Assembly: GCA_963847625.1 (NCBI GenBank)
Contig: CAWKAR010000033.1
Coordinates: 79,780-143,779, forward strand
DNA: 64,000 bases
Source of the DNA: a candidate division FCPU426 bacterium
GTDB lineage: Bacteria; Oederibacteriota; Muellerivitia; Muellerivitales; Muellerivitaceae
Direction of reading: 5' to 3'
Part shown: positions 9,888-21,088 of the stretch, piece by piece
Position numbering within the stretch: the first letter of the stretch is position 1
How the letters are laid out: every line of letters starts with the position of its first letter
Notes under the pieces: generated by a model
Databases searched by the model: none
Seen by the model: only the letters and a program-made list of their open reading frames with translations
What the model was told of the DNA's origin: nothing
Position numbers and translations under genes: made by a program

Positions 9888-12046
9888 GGCAGAAACTTTC
9901 TGGAATCGGTTAGATCAAGAGGCGCTTTGATAGCCCGCTGGAAAGCGCGTTTGGCCCGGTGCTTGTTTCCTGCCATAAGCCAGTAAATTCCCTGCTGGTA
10001 ATACAAGTGGGCGGCCGGATAACCATGTTTAGAGGCATATTCCAAAGCCGACAAACTTTCTTTTAGGGCAGATTCGTTTAAAAGGGCCTCCGGAACGGGT
10101 TGGTTGATGATTTCTGAACGCGCAGGGGTGTCGTCCACATGGAGCGCTTTTAAAAAATTCTGTTGGAAACAAAGAAGCGATTCCATTTCACCATAGGCAG
10201 ATTCCAGAAAGGGATCACCTTGAAGCCAAGGTGACGCCTGACACAAGCTTTTCCGAAGATCGTCATAACCATGATGCGGGACAAGGTAATTAAATTGGTC
10301 CCAGAAGGGGTTTAAGGCCCGGTCCGCGGACTTCCAAAGATCCAGGGTTTCACGGAGGGCGGGGGTGAGAGGGGAGACCCATAACATCAAACCCCCGTCG
10401 GATGGGGGATGATTCTTGTTCAACCAATAAACCTTCCCCCCGGGGAACCTTTTTTCAAGGAAAGGCTGATAATTCACGTTTGTTAAAAGTCCCACCCAAG
10501 GGGTTTCTCCCTTCCGGGCTTGTCCGTGAAGAAGGTTGAATGAATAGGTACCAAAATCGATGTAGGGCGTCCAGGGTTTGCGGACAAACCGGGTAAAGAT
10601 ATAACCGGGCCCTTTTTCGGATTGAAGACGTTCCAGAAGATGGTAAGTCTGAAACATTTCAGGTAGCCCTGTATCGCGATTGGCGGCATCCCGGCTTTTA
10701 CTAAGGTTCACCATGTCCAGCCCAAAGGAAAGCAACAGAACCAACCCCAGGAGTCCTCTGTAAAAGGGGATCCGGATTCTGGACAAAAGGGCGAAAAAAC
10801 CCAGGACCACCGTTCCCATGAAAAAAGGGATGAGGGAAATGACGTGGAACCAGTTCGTATTGTTCGCCAGGAGGCATGGAATAAAAAGAACGGCAAAACC
10901 TAGACCCACCCACCGAACCAAAGCCTGACGCCGCCATTTCCAGAGGATCCCGGTTCCGATAAAGAAAAAAGCCCCCTCTATGGGATTCAAAAACCCGCCC
11001 CACTGGGAGTTATAAGCGAAATTAACTTTCCACCCTTCCCAGAAAAATGCCGTGAAATAATCCAGGTTCCGCCAGGGACTCCAAGGGATGATGTTTTCCG
11101 GATTAGGATGGGACCAGAAAATACTGGAGAGGTATCCTCCAAAATCCGCCTGCAAAGCGGCCAGGATCAGCGGTGCGACGGCTAGGACAGAACCCGCGAG
11201 AAACCAGGACATATTTAGGGAGCTTAAAATTCCTTTTCGAACGCCTGCCCACACCGTAAGGCCCATCAATAGGGCAACCAAAGGCCAGCCGAAATAAGTA
11301 TAAAATCCGGCGCCCACCCACAGGCCCAGAAGGAAGGGAAGGGTTTTTTGCGAGGAGGAGACACCTTTTGAAAACAATTTCGCCAGGATCCAAAAGCCGA
11401 CCGATTCCCAAAAAAACATCAAAACCGCTTGGTGGGAAAATCGTCCTACAAAACAAGGCCAGAATTGAATGCATAATAAAGCCAGGAAGGCGAAAGCGAA
11501 AGAACGGGATACTCTGGGCCGCAGGGCTTTATAGAAAAAAAATATTGAAACAGCCGAGAGAAAAGCCGGGAACCCCCAAAGGGAAACGAAGGAGACCCCG
11601 GCAACCTTGTAAACTCCCGCCAGAAGCCAGATATAAAATGGAGGCAATTGACTCCAATTGAAAAAGAACTCCCACGTCCATTTTTCCTTAAGCCGGATCG
11701 CGCAGAGGGCGTTGTTGATTTCGTCGAGCAATGGATAGTCCAAAAAAGTCGTCAATCGATAGAACCTAGTCAGCCCTCCCAGCGCCAATACCAGAAACCA
11801 AACCCATGGGGACGGGGAGGAAAACAATTCCTTCCGGTAAGGGGGTTCTTCCAGGGGGGAAGCCTTCGGCATGGAGCTTATCCACAATCCCAGAGGCAGA
11901 AGCCAACCTAGAAAACCAATCCACAGCTTGGCTTGAAGAGGCAAGGGGACATAAGCCAATAGGCCGTTGACCAAGGCGAAAAGCCAAAAGAAGGGCCAGG
12001 GATTTTGAAAGAGATTTTTCGACCGTGTTTTGTTATGGCTTTTCAT
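9884..12046 (-). CDS. GT-C glycosyltransferase, family A, with TPR
   Basis: RFYRLTTFLDYPLLDE, QLPPFY, WGGFLNP, GDPFLE, HGYPAAHLYY. Confidence 0.85.
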   Translation of the reverse strand: MKSHNKTRSKNLFQNPWPFFWLFALVNGLLAYVPLPLQAKLWIGFLGWLLPLGLWISSMPKASPLEEPPYRKELFSSPSPWVWFLVLALGGLTRFYRLTTFLDYPLLDEINNALCAIRLKEKWTWEFFFNWSQLPPFYIWLLAGVYKVAGVSFVSLWGFPAFLSAVSIFFFYKALRPRVSRSFAFAFLALLCIQFWPCFVGRFSHQAVLMFFWESVGFWILAKLFSKGVSSSQKTLPFLLGLWVGAGFYTYFGWPLVALLMGLTVWAGVRKGILSSLNMSWFLAGSVLAVAPLILAALQADFGGYLSSIFWSHPNPENIIPWSPWRNLDYFTAFFWEGWKVNFAYNSQWGGFLNPIEGAFFFIGTGILWKWRRQALVRWVGLGFAVLFIPCLLANNTNWFHVISLIPFFMGTVVLGFFALLSRIRIPFYRGLLGLVLLLSFGLDMVNLSKSRDAANRDTGLPEMFQTYHLLERLQSEKGPGYIFTRFVRKPWTPYIDFGTYSFNLLHGQARKGETPWVGLLTNVNYQPFLEKRFPGGKVYWLNKNHPPSDGGLMLWVSPLTPALRETLDLWKSADRALNPFWDQFNYLVPHHGYDDLRKSLCQASPWLQGDPFLESAYGEMESLLCFQQNFLKALHVDDTPARSEIINQPVPEALLNESALKESLSALEYASKHGYPAAHLYYQQGIYWLMAGNKHRAKRAFQRAIKAPLDLTDSRKFLP

Positions 12047-14216
12047 CGTGTTCTCCGGAAGGTGGAAGAAGTTTTTCGTATGTGGAAGCCTGTGTCAAAT
12101 CCACTAAAGCTCCCCTCGCTTTTCGGAAGCATTCTTTTGCTTCCGGGATTTTCCCCTGAATCGAATAAAGGGTCCCCATTTTGAAAAAAAGATGGGCGGA
12201 GGGATAACCTTTTTGAATGGCTGTTTTTAGATAAAGAAGGGCGGCCTGATATGCTTCCGGCCCGGAGGAAGGATCACAACCGGTAATCATCTTTCGCGTA
12301 GAGAGATCGGCCATTTTCTCGAAATAATAAGTTTCCAAGAGAGGATCACTTTGGAATAAGGAATGGATTTTTCGAAGGGCCATTTCCATGGGTTCCAAGG
12401 ATTGCCCCGGAACATATAAAAGGCTTTTTTCAATGAAAAGCTTCAGGGCCGCCGAAGCCTGGAACCAACGGCGGAAGATTTTCGCCGGCAAGTCTTTACC
12501 GGGAATCACCCAAAGCATCCATCCACCCTCCGGGCTTCCTATATCCTTGGAAATCCACCAGGCTTGCCCGGTTGGAAAACTTTTTTTCAAAAAGGGAATG
12601 AGATTGGCGTTCGCCAAAAGCCCCACCCATGGGACAGGCCCGGAAGTAAGCCCCTGAGGGTTCGATAAATTAATACGGAAATCCGCCACCGACAGGGTTT
12701 GATCCGAAAGTCCCGGCACGAAATCGCTAAATAGGTAGCCGGGCCCCTGGGTTTTGGACAACTTTTCCAATCGAAGAAAGGCTTGATACCTGGTGTAGGA
12801 TTTCCCATAGCCATTCCAATTATCCAGGGACTTCCAAACGGCGGGATAGGCGGCGAAAAGGTGAAAAAAATCCAATCCCGCCGCGATCACCAGGATCAGG
12901 GATAAGATCAAAACATTCCGCCGTGGGCGGTCGGAAAGCAAACGCCCCAAACCCAAGACCACCAGCACCGCCAAGATGGGGAAAGCCAACACCATCCGGG
13001 AAGTCGCTCTTTCGGAGGTCAAGATACCCGGAAGCAGGAAAAACGGAAGGGAGGCTAACAACCATTGATAAAACCGGTTCTTGAGCCGGGGTATGACTTC
13101 AATTAATCCCATGAAAAAAAGGGAACCCATCAGCGGATTCAAATAACCCCCAAAAACCGGCTGGTAGGTGTGGTATTTCAAGTCCATCCCCCAAAAAAGG
13201 GAAGTGATATAAGAAAGGGAGATGTTGATTTGTTCATTTGGATGGACAGCCGGGTTTCCGGCCGAGAGGTGGCGCAGATAAAAAACCATCTGATCCAGTC
13301 CTTCGCCGGAAATCCACAAGGCAAGAGGCAACAAGAGGCACGCGCAGGGAAGAAGGAAGGACAGGAGAATTTTCACCCGGAGGAAGTTTTTTCCCATCCC
13401 TTTATTTGCGGCCCAGAAAATCAGGGTCGCTCCAACCGCCGCGGCCAGAACGGGCCAGTGTAAATAAGTATAAAAACCCAAACCGGTCATGGCTCCCAGG
13501 GCCGCGGCCAAGCCGGGTTTCCGGGCGGGTTCGGTCCGTGTCAGGAACCGGGCCAACAACCCCAATGTCAGGCATTCAAAAAGGAGTACCAAGCCGGTCA
13601 TGAGGGAAAAACGGCCGACATAAAGGGGCCAGAAACTGAAGCCGAAAATGAAAGCCAGGGCCACGGAACAGGACCGGTTAAAGAAACCACGGGCCGCCCA
13701 ATAGGAAACAGGAAACAACAAGGATGATATCAATGCCGGAAGAAACCAAAGACTGAAGAGGGAAACCCCGAACCATTTGAAGGTCCCGGCAAGGAGCCAA
13801 AGGTAAAGGGGAGGGGCTTGGCTGGATCCGTACAATATTTGCCAGTTCCACTGACGGGAAAGTTGGGAGGCGTAGTAACCATACATTCCTTCGTCATAAA
13901 GGGGCCAAACCGAAAGGGTGGTAAGCTTGTAAAACCGGGCGAAGAGAGCCAAGGCCGCCACGAACAGCCAAACCCAGATTGGAATCGCCGGCAGAAATTC
14001 CTTTTGGTAAAGGGGCACTTCTTTTGGGGAAGGATTAGGAAAGGCGCGGCAAGCCATCATCCAGGGAATGAACAACCCGAGCAGGCAGATTCCCATCTTG
14101 ATCCAAAACGGGAAAGGAAAATAGGAAAGAAAGGTATTTGAAATAAGGAAAATAAAAAAATAAACCCACGGATTGGTGTTCGAAAAAATTTTGGGCGCGA
14201 ATTTTATTTTTGCCAT
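12033..14216 (-). CDS. GT-C glycosyltransferase, family A, with TPR
   Basis: RFYKLTTLSVWPLYDEG, QAPPLY, GGYLNP, KGYPSAHL; overlaps both neighbours. Confidence 0.85.
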   Translation of the reverse strand: MAKIKFAPKIFSNTNPWVYFFIFLISNTFLSYFPFPFWIKMGICLLGLFIPWMMACRAFPNPSPKEVPLYQKEFLPAIPIWVWLFVAALALFARFYKLTTLSVWPLYDEGMYGYYASQLSRQWNWQILYGSSQAPPLYLWLLAGTFKWFGVSLFSLWFLPALISSLLFPVSYWAARGFFNRSCSVALAFIFGFSFWPLYVGRFSLMTGLVLLFECLTLGLLARFLTRTEPARKPGLAAALGAMTGLGFYTYLHWPVLAAAVGATLIFWAANKGMGKNFLRVKILLSFLLPCACLLLPLALWISGEGLDQMVFYLRHLSAGNPAVHPNEQINISLSYITSLFWGMDLKYHTYQPVFGGYLNPLMGSLFFMGLIEVIPRLKNRFYQWLLASLPFFLLPGILTSERATSRMVLAFPILAVLVVLGLGRLLSDRPRRNVLILSLILVIAAGLDFFHLFAAYPAVWKSLDNWNGYGKSYTRYQAFLRLEKLSKTQGPGYLFSDFVPGLSDQTLSVADFRINLSNPQGLTSGPVPWVGLLANANLIPFLKKSFPTGQAWWISKDIGSPEGGWMLWVIPGKDLPAKIFRRWFQASAALKLFIEKSLLYVPGQSLEPMEMALRKIHSLFQSDPLLETYYFEKMADLSTRKMITGCDPSSGPEAYQAALLYLKTAIQKGYPSAHLFFKMGTLYSIQGKIPEAKECFRKARGALVDLTQASTYEKLLPPSGEHDEKP

Positions 14217-16300
14217 AATTCCCGCAAGAGTTGGTCCGCATTGGTGAAATTCATGGGGGCATGACTCGCTTGTTGAAAAGCTTCCCGGGCTTCAACCCTA
14301 TTCCGGTCAATGTATAAAAGAGTACCCAAAGTATAGTATAGGTGCGTCGCCGGATAACCGCTTTTCAAGGCTTGCCGAATGTCCTGGATGGATTCCCGGT
14401 GGTCCTGGAACCCCATCTTCAAATCATTGTCCGCGGCCTTTTCCCAAAAACAAGATTCCAGGAAGGGGTCTCCCCGGAAATAAGGATAGGCTTGTAAAAG
14501 CGAATCCCGGACCGGTTGAAAAGACTGGCCATGGACATAGGAAAGGAATTGGTGGATGAAGGGTTTTAAAGCCTCTGCGGCTTTTTCCCAACGCGCCATT
14601 ACTTCCTGGCGATTGGGTGTCACAGGCATTACCCAAAGCATCGTCCCACCGTTGGGCTCAGGAGCTTCCTTGTCGAGGAAATAGGCCTTCCCGTCCGGAA
14701 ATCGCTTGGCCAGGAAGGGACGGTAATGAACGTTCACGAGGACCGCAGCCCATTTAAACTTTTCCCCTAAAAGTTCCGGATTCCACACCTGATTGTAGGC
14801 ATAAGTGGAAAGAGTGAGGGTCTGGTCGCAAAACCCGGGAGAAAAATCCGTGAAAATCAATCCTTGGCCTTCGTTACGGGCTTTTTGTTTCAGGATTTCA
14901 TCCGCCTTAAATCGTATAAAAGATTTCGTGTTCCAATAGGACGGGGTTTCCCATGTTTTCCGGTAGGGCCCCGCTAAGTGGTAAAAATCCAATGCAAAAG
15001 AAGCCAAAAAGATTCCGGAAACTACAAAAAACGGTTTCATCACCGGTGAAAAAGACAAGAACCTGGATAAACCAAGGGCTGCGGCCGCCAGTATGAGTGG
15101 CATGAGGGGCAAAAGGCGAAAAGGCTCGAGGGTTTTGGTGAGTAGCGCCGGAACCAGGAACATGACCAGGCCGATTCCCAGACATCGATAGAGGGGCAGG
15201 GTGCGGTTTTTAAACATTTCAAGGCAAGCCAGGAAAAATGCGGACCCGAGGATAGGATTGAGGAACCCACCCCAGGCGGGGTAGTAGGGATGGATATGGT
15301 CCTGAAATCCCCAGAAAGGCACCGCAAGATAGTCCAAGGATGTCTCCAACTGGTTATGGATGGGAGAGCTTTTCGAAAAGGCCCAAAGGTCGTTTAAATA
15401 CCAGCCATATCCTTGGCGGATGGCGGCCAGAACCAGGGGGAAAAATAAGAAGATAGCGGCCATGGAAAAAATGAAAAAATGGGAAAAACCGGATTTCCTT
15501 TTCAGGGAAACGGCCAAAACAACGAGGCCAATGAATCCCGCGATGGGGGGCCAGGAAATATGGATGTAGAACCCGGCCCCGACGATCATGCCTAAAAACA
15601 GACTCCCTGTTTTTTGATCCTTCAGGGGGGCGTTTAAATATTTACCCAAAAAATAAAAGGCCAGGCATTCCCAAAATGGGATCAACACCGTCATCAACGA
15701 ATACCGCCCTGCGTAAAAAGGCCAGAAACTACCCGCCAAAAAAAGAAGCAAGAGGAATGAGAACGACTTGGAAAAATATTGACGGAAGGCGAAATAACCC
15801 ACGGGGACGGTCAATAACGAGACTAAAGCGGGGAAAAACCAAAGGGTGCCCAACGAGACGCCAAAAATTTTGAAAAAAAGTCCCAGCCCCCAAGCATACG
15901 CCGGAGGGGATTGACTGCTGAAGTAGAACAAGCGCCAGTCCCATTTCCGGGAAAGTTCCAAGGCGGAATAATTGATGGAGCCTTCGTCGTAAAGCGGCCA
16001 GACCGAAAGAGTGGTGAGTTTGTAAAACCGCACGCAGATGGCCAAAGCCGCCACCGATAACCAAATCCAGGTTGGAATCGCCGGCAAAAATTCCTTTTGG
16101 TAAAGGGGGACTTCTTTTGGGGATGGGGCGGGAAAGAAGTGCCAGGCCATTACCCAGGGGAATACCAACCCCAGCAGGCCGATTCCCAGCTTCATCCAAA
16201 ACGGAAGGGGAAAATAGGCAATAAAGGCGTTAGAAAGGAAGAAAATAAATAAATATGGCCATGGGTTGGAGGGATAAAAATATCGAAACATGATTTTCAT
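14204..16300 (-). CDS. GT-C glycosyltransferase, family A, with TPR
   Basis: RFYKLTTLSVWPLYDEG, identical to the neighbour; WGGFLNP; GDPFLE; SGYPATHLYY. Confidence 0.85.
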   Translation of the reverse strand: MKIMFRYFYPSNPWPYLFIFFLSNAFIAYFPLPFWMKLGIGLLGLVFPWVMAWHFFPAPSPKEVPLYQKEFLPAIPTWIWLSVAALAICVRFYKLTTLSVWPLYDEGSINYSALELSRKWDWRLFYFSSQSPPAYAWGLGLFFKIFGVSLGTLWFFPALVSLLTVPVGYFAFRQYFSKSFSFLLLLFLAGSFWPFYAGRYSLMTVLIPFWECLAFYFLGKYLNAPLKDQKTGSLFLGMIVGAGFYIHISWPPIAGFIGLVVLAVSLKRKSGFSHFFIFSMAAIFLFFPLVLAAIRQGYGWYLNDLWAFSKSSPIHNQLETSLDYLAVPFWGFQDHIHPYYPAWGGFLNPILGSAFFLACLEMFKNRTLPLYRCLGIGLVMFLVPALLTKTLEPFRLLPLMPLILAAAALGLSRFLSFSPVMKPFFVVSGIFLASFALDFYHLAGPYRKTWETPSYWNTKSFIRFKADEILKQKARNEGQGLIFTDFSPGFCDQTLTLSTYAYNQVWNPELLGEKFKWAAVLVNVHYRPFLAKRFPDGKAYFLDKEAPEPNGGTMLWVMPVTPNRQEVMARWEKAAEALKPFIHQFLSYVHGQSFQPVRDSLLQAYPYFRGDPFLESCFWEKAADNDLKMGFQDHRESIQDIRQALKSGYPATHLYYTLGTLLYIDRNRVEAREAFQQASHAPMNFTNADQLLRELWQK

Positions 16301-16536
16301 TTTGGCAATTTTACCTCGAATTTCCCAGATGAAATTTCTCTTTGAATATAATAAAGCATCGGTTGGCCGCGTAAACTAGGGTTTTTGCTCGTTTTTGGGA
16401 TCATAAGAGGAGGAAATGAGATAGGGAAGAAAGTAAAAGAAAAAATAATTTCGATTGGCGGAGGAATAGAAAAATCATAAATCATACCTGGACCCATTTA
16501 TTGTGTTAGGCCTGGCTGTCTCTTTAGTACTATTAC

Positions 16537-18746
16537 TTGATAAAAACAATCAGGGAGAATATCCTGCCAAAACAAAAAATCTTTTTATTTTTCATGTTTT
16601 TCCTGTCCGGGTTTAGCGGGCTCACTTATCAAACCATTTGGATTAGGCTGGCCTATGCCCACTTCGGCATCACCACCCATGTATTGTCTGTGGTCCTCTC
16701 GGTTTTCATGATGGGACTGGCGCTAGGAAGTTGGGCGGGTGGTAGATGGGCTGCCCCACTGACTCGATGGTCCGGAAGGTCCGTCCTCTTTTTTTACGCC
16801 GCCATCGAGGGGCTTACCGGCCTGGGAGGCCGGATGGTTCCCCATTTTTTTTCTTGGGGCCGTCAATCACTTTTATCTTTGGGTGACGCCGATTCGGCAA
16901 GCTACCTTTTTTTTCGGGCCTTGTCATTCTTGTTTCCCTCCTTCCCTGGTGCTTCGCCATGGGCACCACTTTTCCTCTGGGGATGCAATTCATCCGGGAG
17001 AAAAGAGCGGCCGAAAAGGAAAGTTTTAGTTTCCTCTACTTGGCCAATGTTTTAGGGGCTTGCACCGGAACCTTAGCCACCGCCTATATTCTGGTGGAAT
17101 GGCTTGGCTTTAATGACACCCTTAAAACAGCATCCGTGGTCAATTTTACAGTCGGGGCGGGAGCCTTAATTTGGGCCCTCGTCCTTCCTACTCCTCCCCG
17201 GCGCTTACCCCAAAGCGGAAACAGCCAGGCACTCCCAAAAAACTCCATCCGTGCCTGGTATCCGGCTTTGTTGTTCTCAACAGGCTTCACCTCCATGGCG
17301 ATGGAAGTGGCTTGGGTGCGTGATTACACTCCCATCCTAGGCAACGAGGTTTATGCTTTCTCGGGCCTGCTGGCGGTTTATCTTTTCGCCACCTGGATGG
17401 GCTCTTGGCTTTACCGACGGCAGACGGTCTTCCAAAAAGTCGTTTCCATTGAAACCCTTTTGGCACTCTTGTCCTCCTTTGCTTTCCTCCCTGTGGCGCT
17501 CAATGATCCGCGCTGGCACCATACCCCGTGGGTGGCGCTTTTAAGCCTGGTCCCCTTTTGCGGCACGCTGGGTTACTTGACTCCTTGTTTGATTGACCGC
17601 TTGTCCAAGGGCGATGCCCGGATCGCGGGCAGGGGATACGCTTTTAATATCCTAGGCTGTATTTTGGGCCCCCTTTTAGCGTCCTATTTGCTACTTCCTT
17701 TCCTTGGATCCCGGTGGTCCCTCGTCGTATTGGCCCTTCCTTTTCTCTTTTTCTACTTAGTTTTGGCAGGTAAATTCAGTGGGGTTTCATTCCGTCCCTC
17801 CCTGCTTTTTCCGGCCTTTGGCCTTTTTATTTTTTCGGGTTTTTTTTGCGGCAGCTATGAGGAAGGGACCGACTTGTCAGGGATGAAACAGATGGTTTTA
17901 AGACGGGATGCCACAGCAACCGTCATTTCCTACCAGGGTTCCTCGCAAAAGGCCCTATTAGTCAACGGCATCGGGATGACCGCCATGACGCCCATCCCGA
18001 AAATCATGGCCCATTTACCCATGCTTTTCTGTCCTCATTCCCCCCGATCGGCCCTAGTCATTTGCTTTGGCATGGGGACAACCTTCCGGTCGATTGCTAG
18101 TTGGGGTGTGGATACCACCGCAGTAGAGCTTGTGCCGAGCGTCAGGGACGCTTTTGGTTATTATTTCACTGACGCGCAAGCCATTCTAAACAACCCCAAG
18201 AACCGCGTGGTTATTGATGACGGGCGGAGGTTTCTTTCCAGGACGCGTCGGAAATTCGACGTGATTACCCTGGATCCTCCCCCGCCCCCGGAAGCCGCGG
18301 GTTCCAGCCTTCTTTATACTGGGGAGTTTTACGCCGCGCTGAAAAACCATCTTCAAGAGGGTGGAGTGGTACAGCAATGGATCAACTGGGGTAATGCCAA
18401 AAGCATGCAAGCCTTCATACGTTCCTTCACCCGTTCTTTCCCCTATGTCAGGGCCTTTGTTTCCTTGCACGGGGGGGGCCTTCATATGATTGGTTCTCTA
18501 CAGCCCCTCACTTTCCCGCCGATTTTGAAGGCGCTTTCCCTTATGCCTGCTTTGGCCCGGAAAGATTTTGTAGAATGGAATCTAACCAACAAAGACCCAG
18601 CCTGGTTCTTAAACCTCATCTTGTCATCGGAAGCGGACTTGAACTCAATGCTCAATCCGGATGAACAAATAACCGTCACCGACGACCGGCCCTTTAATGA
18701 GTATTATTTGCTTCGCCGGGCGTTCCCAACCGTTTTTCGGTATTAG
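16537..18746 (+). CDS. Membrane-fused spermidine-synthase-like (MFS-like TM + SAM-dependent) protein, with an apparent frameshift at a T8 run (16907-16914)
   Basis: N-terminal FFLSGFSGLTYQTIW continues into MGTTFP...LYLANVLGA if one T is added. C-terminal domain has LVICFGMGTT, VELVP, DDGR, DVITLDPP and TDDRP. Confidence 0.75.
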
Positions 18747-18846
18747 AGTCTAATAAAACTTCAAATTTGCCACAACAGTGCTTCAAACCGCACAGTTTAG
18801 AAATTTGAAATGGAAAAGTTTTTAGATTCGAGAAACACACCAGTCA

Positions 18847-20952
18847 TTACCCGGGGGTCTTCCTTAAATTTTCCAAAGCGTTTGTGTGGTTCAGGGGGGA
18901 ACGGAGCGCGGACTCAAAGGCCTGACGGGCTTTGGCGTAATCCCCCTGGGTAAACCAAAATACCCCCAAGTCATTGAATAAATGAGCGGCGGGGTAACCC
19001 ATGGTAAGGGCCTGACGCAGAGCTTCAAGGCCAAGGGCAGGTTTTGAATCCACCATTGCATTGAAAAATATTTTTTCCGCAAGGCAGGATTTTAAAAAAG
19101 GGTCTGAATTAGCCAGGGTCTGCAATCTGGCCATGGAATCCAAAATATGCTGATGCGACTTGCCGAAACCGAGATTTACTGTCTCCCAAACCAATGGTCG
19201 CATGGCCCGTTCGAATTCCATCCAATGGCCCAATATCGCCCGGATTTCGGGATGGTTCATGTCCAATATCCCCAAGATCAAGATTTCTTGGGACCGGTAG
19301 TTTTCAGGGATTGTTTGAAACCATTGTATCTCAGGAAATCGCCTTGCCAGGAAGGGCGCGTAATTGATGTTAGTTAAGAAACCGATCCACGTTGAATTTG
19401 TCGGAGATAACCTTGGATTCCACGCCGCATTAAAAGGATAGGTGGCTAAGGTGAGTGTTTGGTTAAAAGAGGATGATTCAAACGATGTAAAAATGAGGCC
19501 CGGACCTTTATTTTGTGCTTTTTCCCGAAGGATATCATATGCCTTCATCCGTTCGTAAGACCTGGTATCGGCATTAAAGGTTAAGTAATCCGAATGACAA
19601 GATTGTTGATAAGGGCCGAGCAGGTGGTAAAAATCCAAACCCGTCGAAATTGCGAGAATGCCCAAAATTGCGCCAAGACGAACCGAAGGAGAAAGCTTTA
19701 AAGCTAAAACTGACATGCCCATCATAATAACTGCCAGCAACAAAGGAATGATTAATACTAGCCGGAAAAATTCAAGTTCCATGGTTAACCAACCCGGCAA
19801 AATAAAAAGAACTAACCCAAAACCTAATAAAAGACCCATGGCCGTATTACGGAATCGATACAACTCCACCAAGCCCAAGAAGAAAAAACTATCCAATAAT
19901 GGATTTAAATAACCTCCCCAAAAAGGTTTATAACCGTGCCTATTGGTTTCTACACCCCAAAAAATACTGCAGAAATAGTTCCAACAAATTTTCGTCTGAG
20001 ATTGCCAATCATGATGAGCTTGAAAGGCCCAAAGCATGGAAAAATAAGTTCCAAGTCTTTGATAAAAGGCGGCTACTAAAAACGGGGTGGCGGAAAGAAT
20101 CAATGGAATGAGAAACCAAAAGAGGGTGGAAAATTTAAAGGATGAGCCCCTTAAAGCCATTGCCACTGTCAAAAATATCAATAACACCATGAAAGGCCAT
20201 GATAGGTAGGCATAAAATCCCACGCCCGTCAGCACTCCAAGTAACGCTGCTTTTTTATTTTGACCATAACCGCTGAGACTTTTTAAAAAACCTCCCAAAC
20301 TGATAAAAACCAATAGTTCCCAAAACACGAGGAACAGCGGAGGGACACTATAACGACCCAAATAAAAAGGCCAAAAACTAAGAGCGAATAAAGAACCACC
20401 GATCCAGGCAAAGGAACGGTTGAAAAAAAGCTTGCATGCCCAAAAATACAAGAGAATTAAAAGGAATGACAGGCAGGCAGGGAAAAGCCAGAGGGAAGTC
20501 AAGGAAGGACCCAATATTTTAAAAAATAAACCAAGAGACCAGGGAAATAGCGGCGGACTTTGAAAAGGGAGGTAAAAAAGACTCCACTTTCTTTCTTCAG
20601 AAAGTTCCAAGGCGGCAAAACCGAAATATCCCTCGTCGATAAGGGGCCAACCTGAGAGATTGGTGAGCTTGTAAAACCGGATGAAAATGGCAAGAAGCCC
20701 AATAACAACCATCACTCCAATTGGAAAAGTCGGCAGGAATTCCACGGGCACCATCGATTCCCCTCTCGCTGCTGGTGGGCAACTCGATAATGCCAAGACC
20801 AACGGCAAGAGAAGACATGTCACGGCAATCCATAATTGGGAGGTGACGGAAAGATGGAAATAGGATAGAAGAAAATTCCCGATTAAAATAAATGGAATAT
20901 AAAACCAGGGATTGTAAGGAATATCGAATTTATTTATTTTGGATAAATCCAT
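18847..20952 (-). CDS. GT-C glycosyltransferase, family A, with TPR (likely start MDLSK at 20952)
   Basis: RFYKLTNLSGWPLIDEG, WGGYLNP, SDPFL, GYPAAHLFNDLG...GDYAKARQAFE. Confidence 0.85.
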   Translation of the reverse strand: MDLSKINKFDIPYNPWFYIPFILIGNFLLSYFHLSVTSQLWIAVTCLLLPLVLALSSCPPAARGESMVPVEFLPTFPIGVMVVIGLLAIFIRFYKLTNLSGWPLIDEGYFGFAALELSEERKWSLFYLPFQSPPLFPWSLGLFFKILGPSLTSLWLFPACLSFLLILLYFWACKLFFNRSFAWIGGSLFALSFWPFYLGRYSVPPLFLVFWELLVFISLGGFLKSLSGYGQNKKAALLGVLTGVGFYAYLSWPFMVLLIFLTVAMALRGSSFKFSTLFWFLIPLILSATPFLVAAFYQRLGTYFSMLWAFQAHHDWQSQTKICWNYFCSIFWGVETNRHGYKPFWGGYLNPLLDSFFFLGLVELYRFRNTAMGLLLGFGLVLFILPGWLTMELEFFRLVLIIPLLLAVIMMGMSVLALKLSPSVRLGAILGILAISTGLDFYHLLGPYQQSCHSDYLTFNADTRSYERMKAYDILREKAQNKGPGLIFTSFESSSFNQTLTLATYPFNAAWNPRLSPTNSTWIGFLTNINYAPFLARRFPEIQWFQTIPENYRSQEILILGILDMNHPEIRAILGHWMEFERAMRPLVWETVNLGFGKSHQHILDSMARLQTLANSDPFLKSCLAEKIFFNAMVDSKPALGLEALRQALTMGYPAAHLFNDLGVFWFTQGDYAKARQAFESALRSPLNHTNALENLRKTPG

Positions 20953-20956
20953 GGTT

Positions 20957-21065
20957 CTATTTGCTTTCTTTGAAAAGTATTTTAATTTTTTCAGCGGGCC
21001 TTGTGGCCCGAAGAACAGGCATCTGGGACAAATTGCATCCGTGGTATTTGCCAAAGTTACCTAAG
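20957..21065 (-). pseudogene. Degenerate copy of the hpnE 3' end
   Basis: 15-mer GCCTTGTGGCCCGAA shared with 23296-23310. Reads DACSSGHKA(A)EKIKILFKESK* versus HpnE EGACLSGHKAAEKAQEVLGKKT*. Confidence 0.6.
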
Positions 21066-21088
21066 AGTTTCAGCTTTTTCATTTTCCT

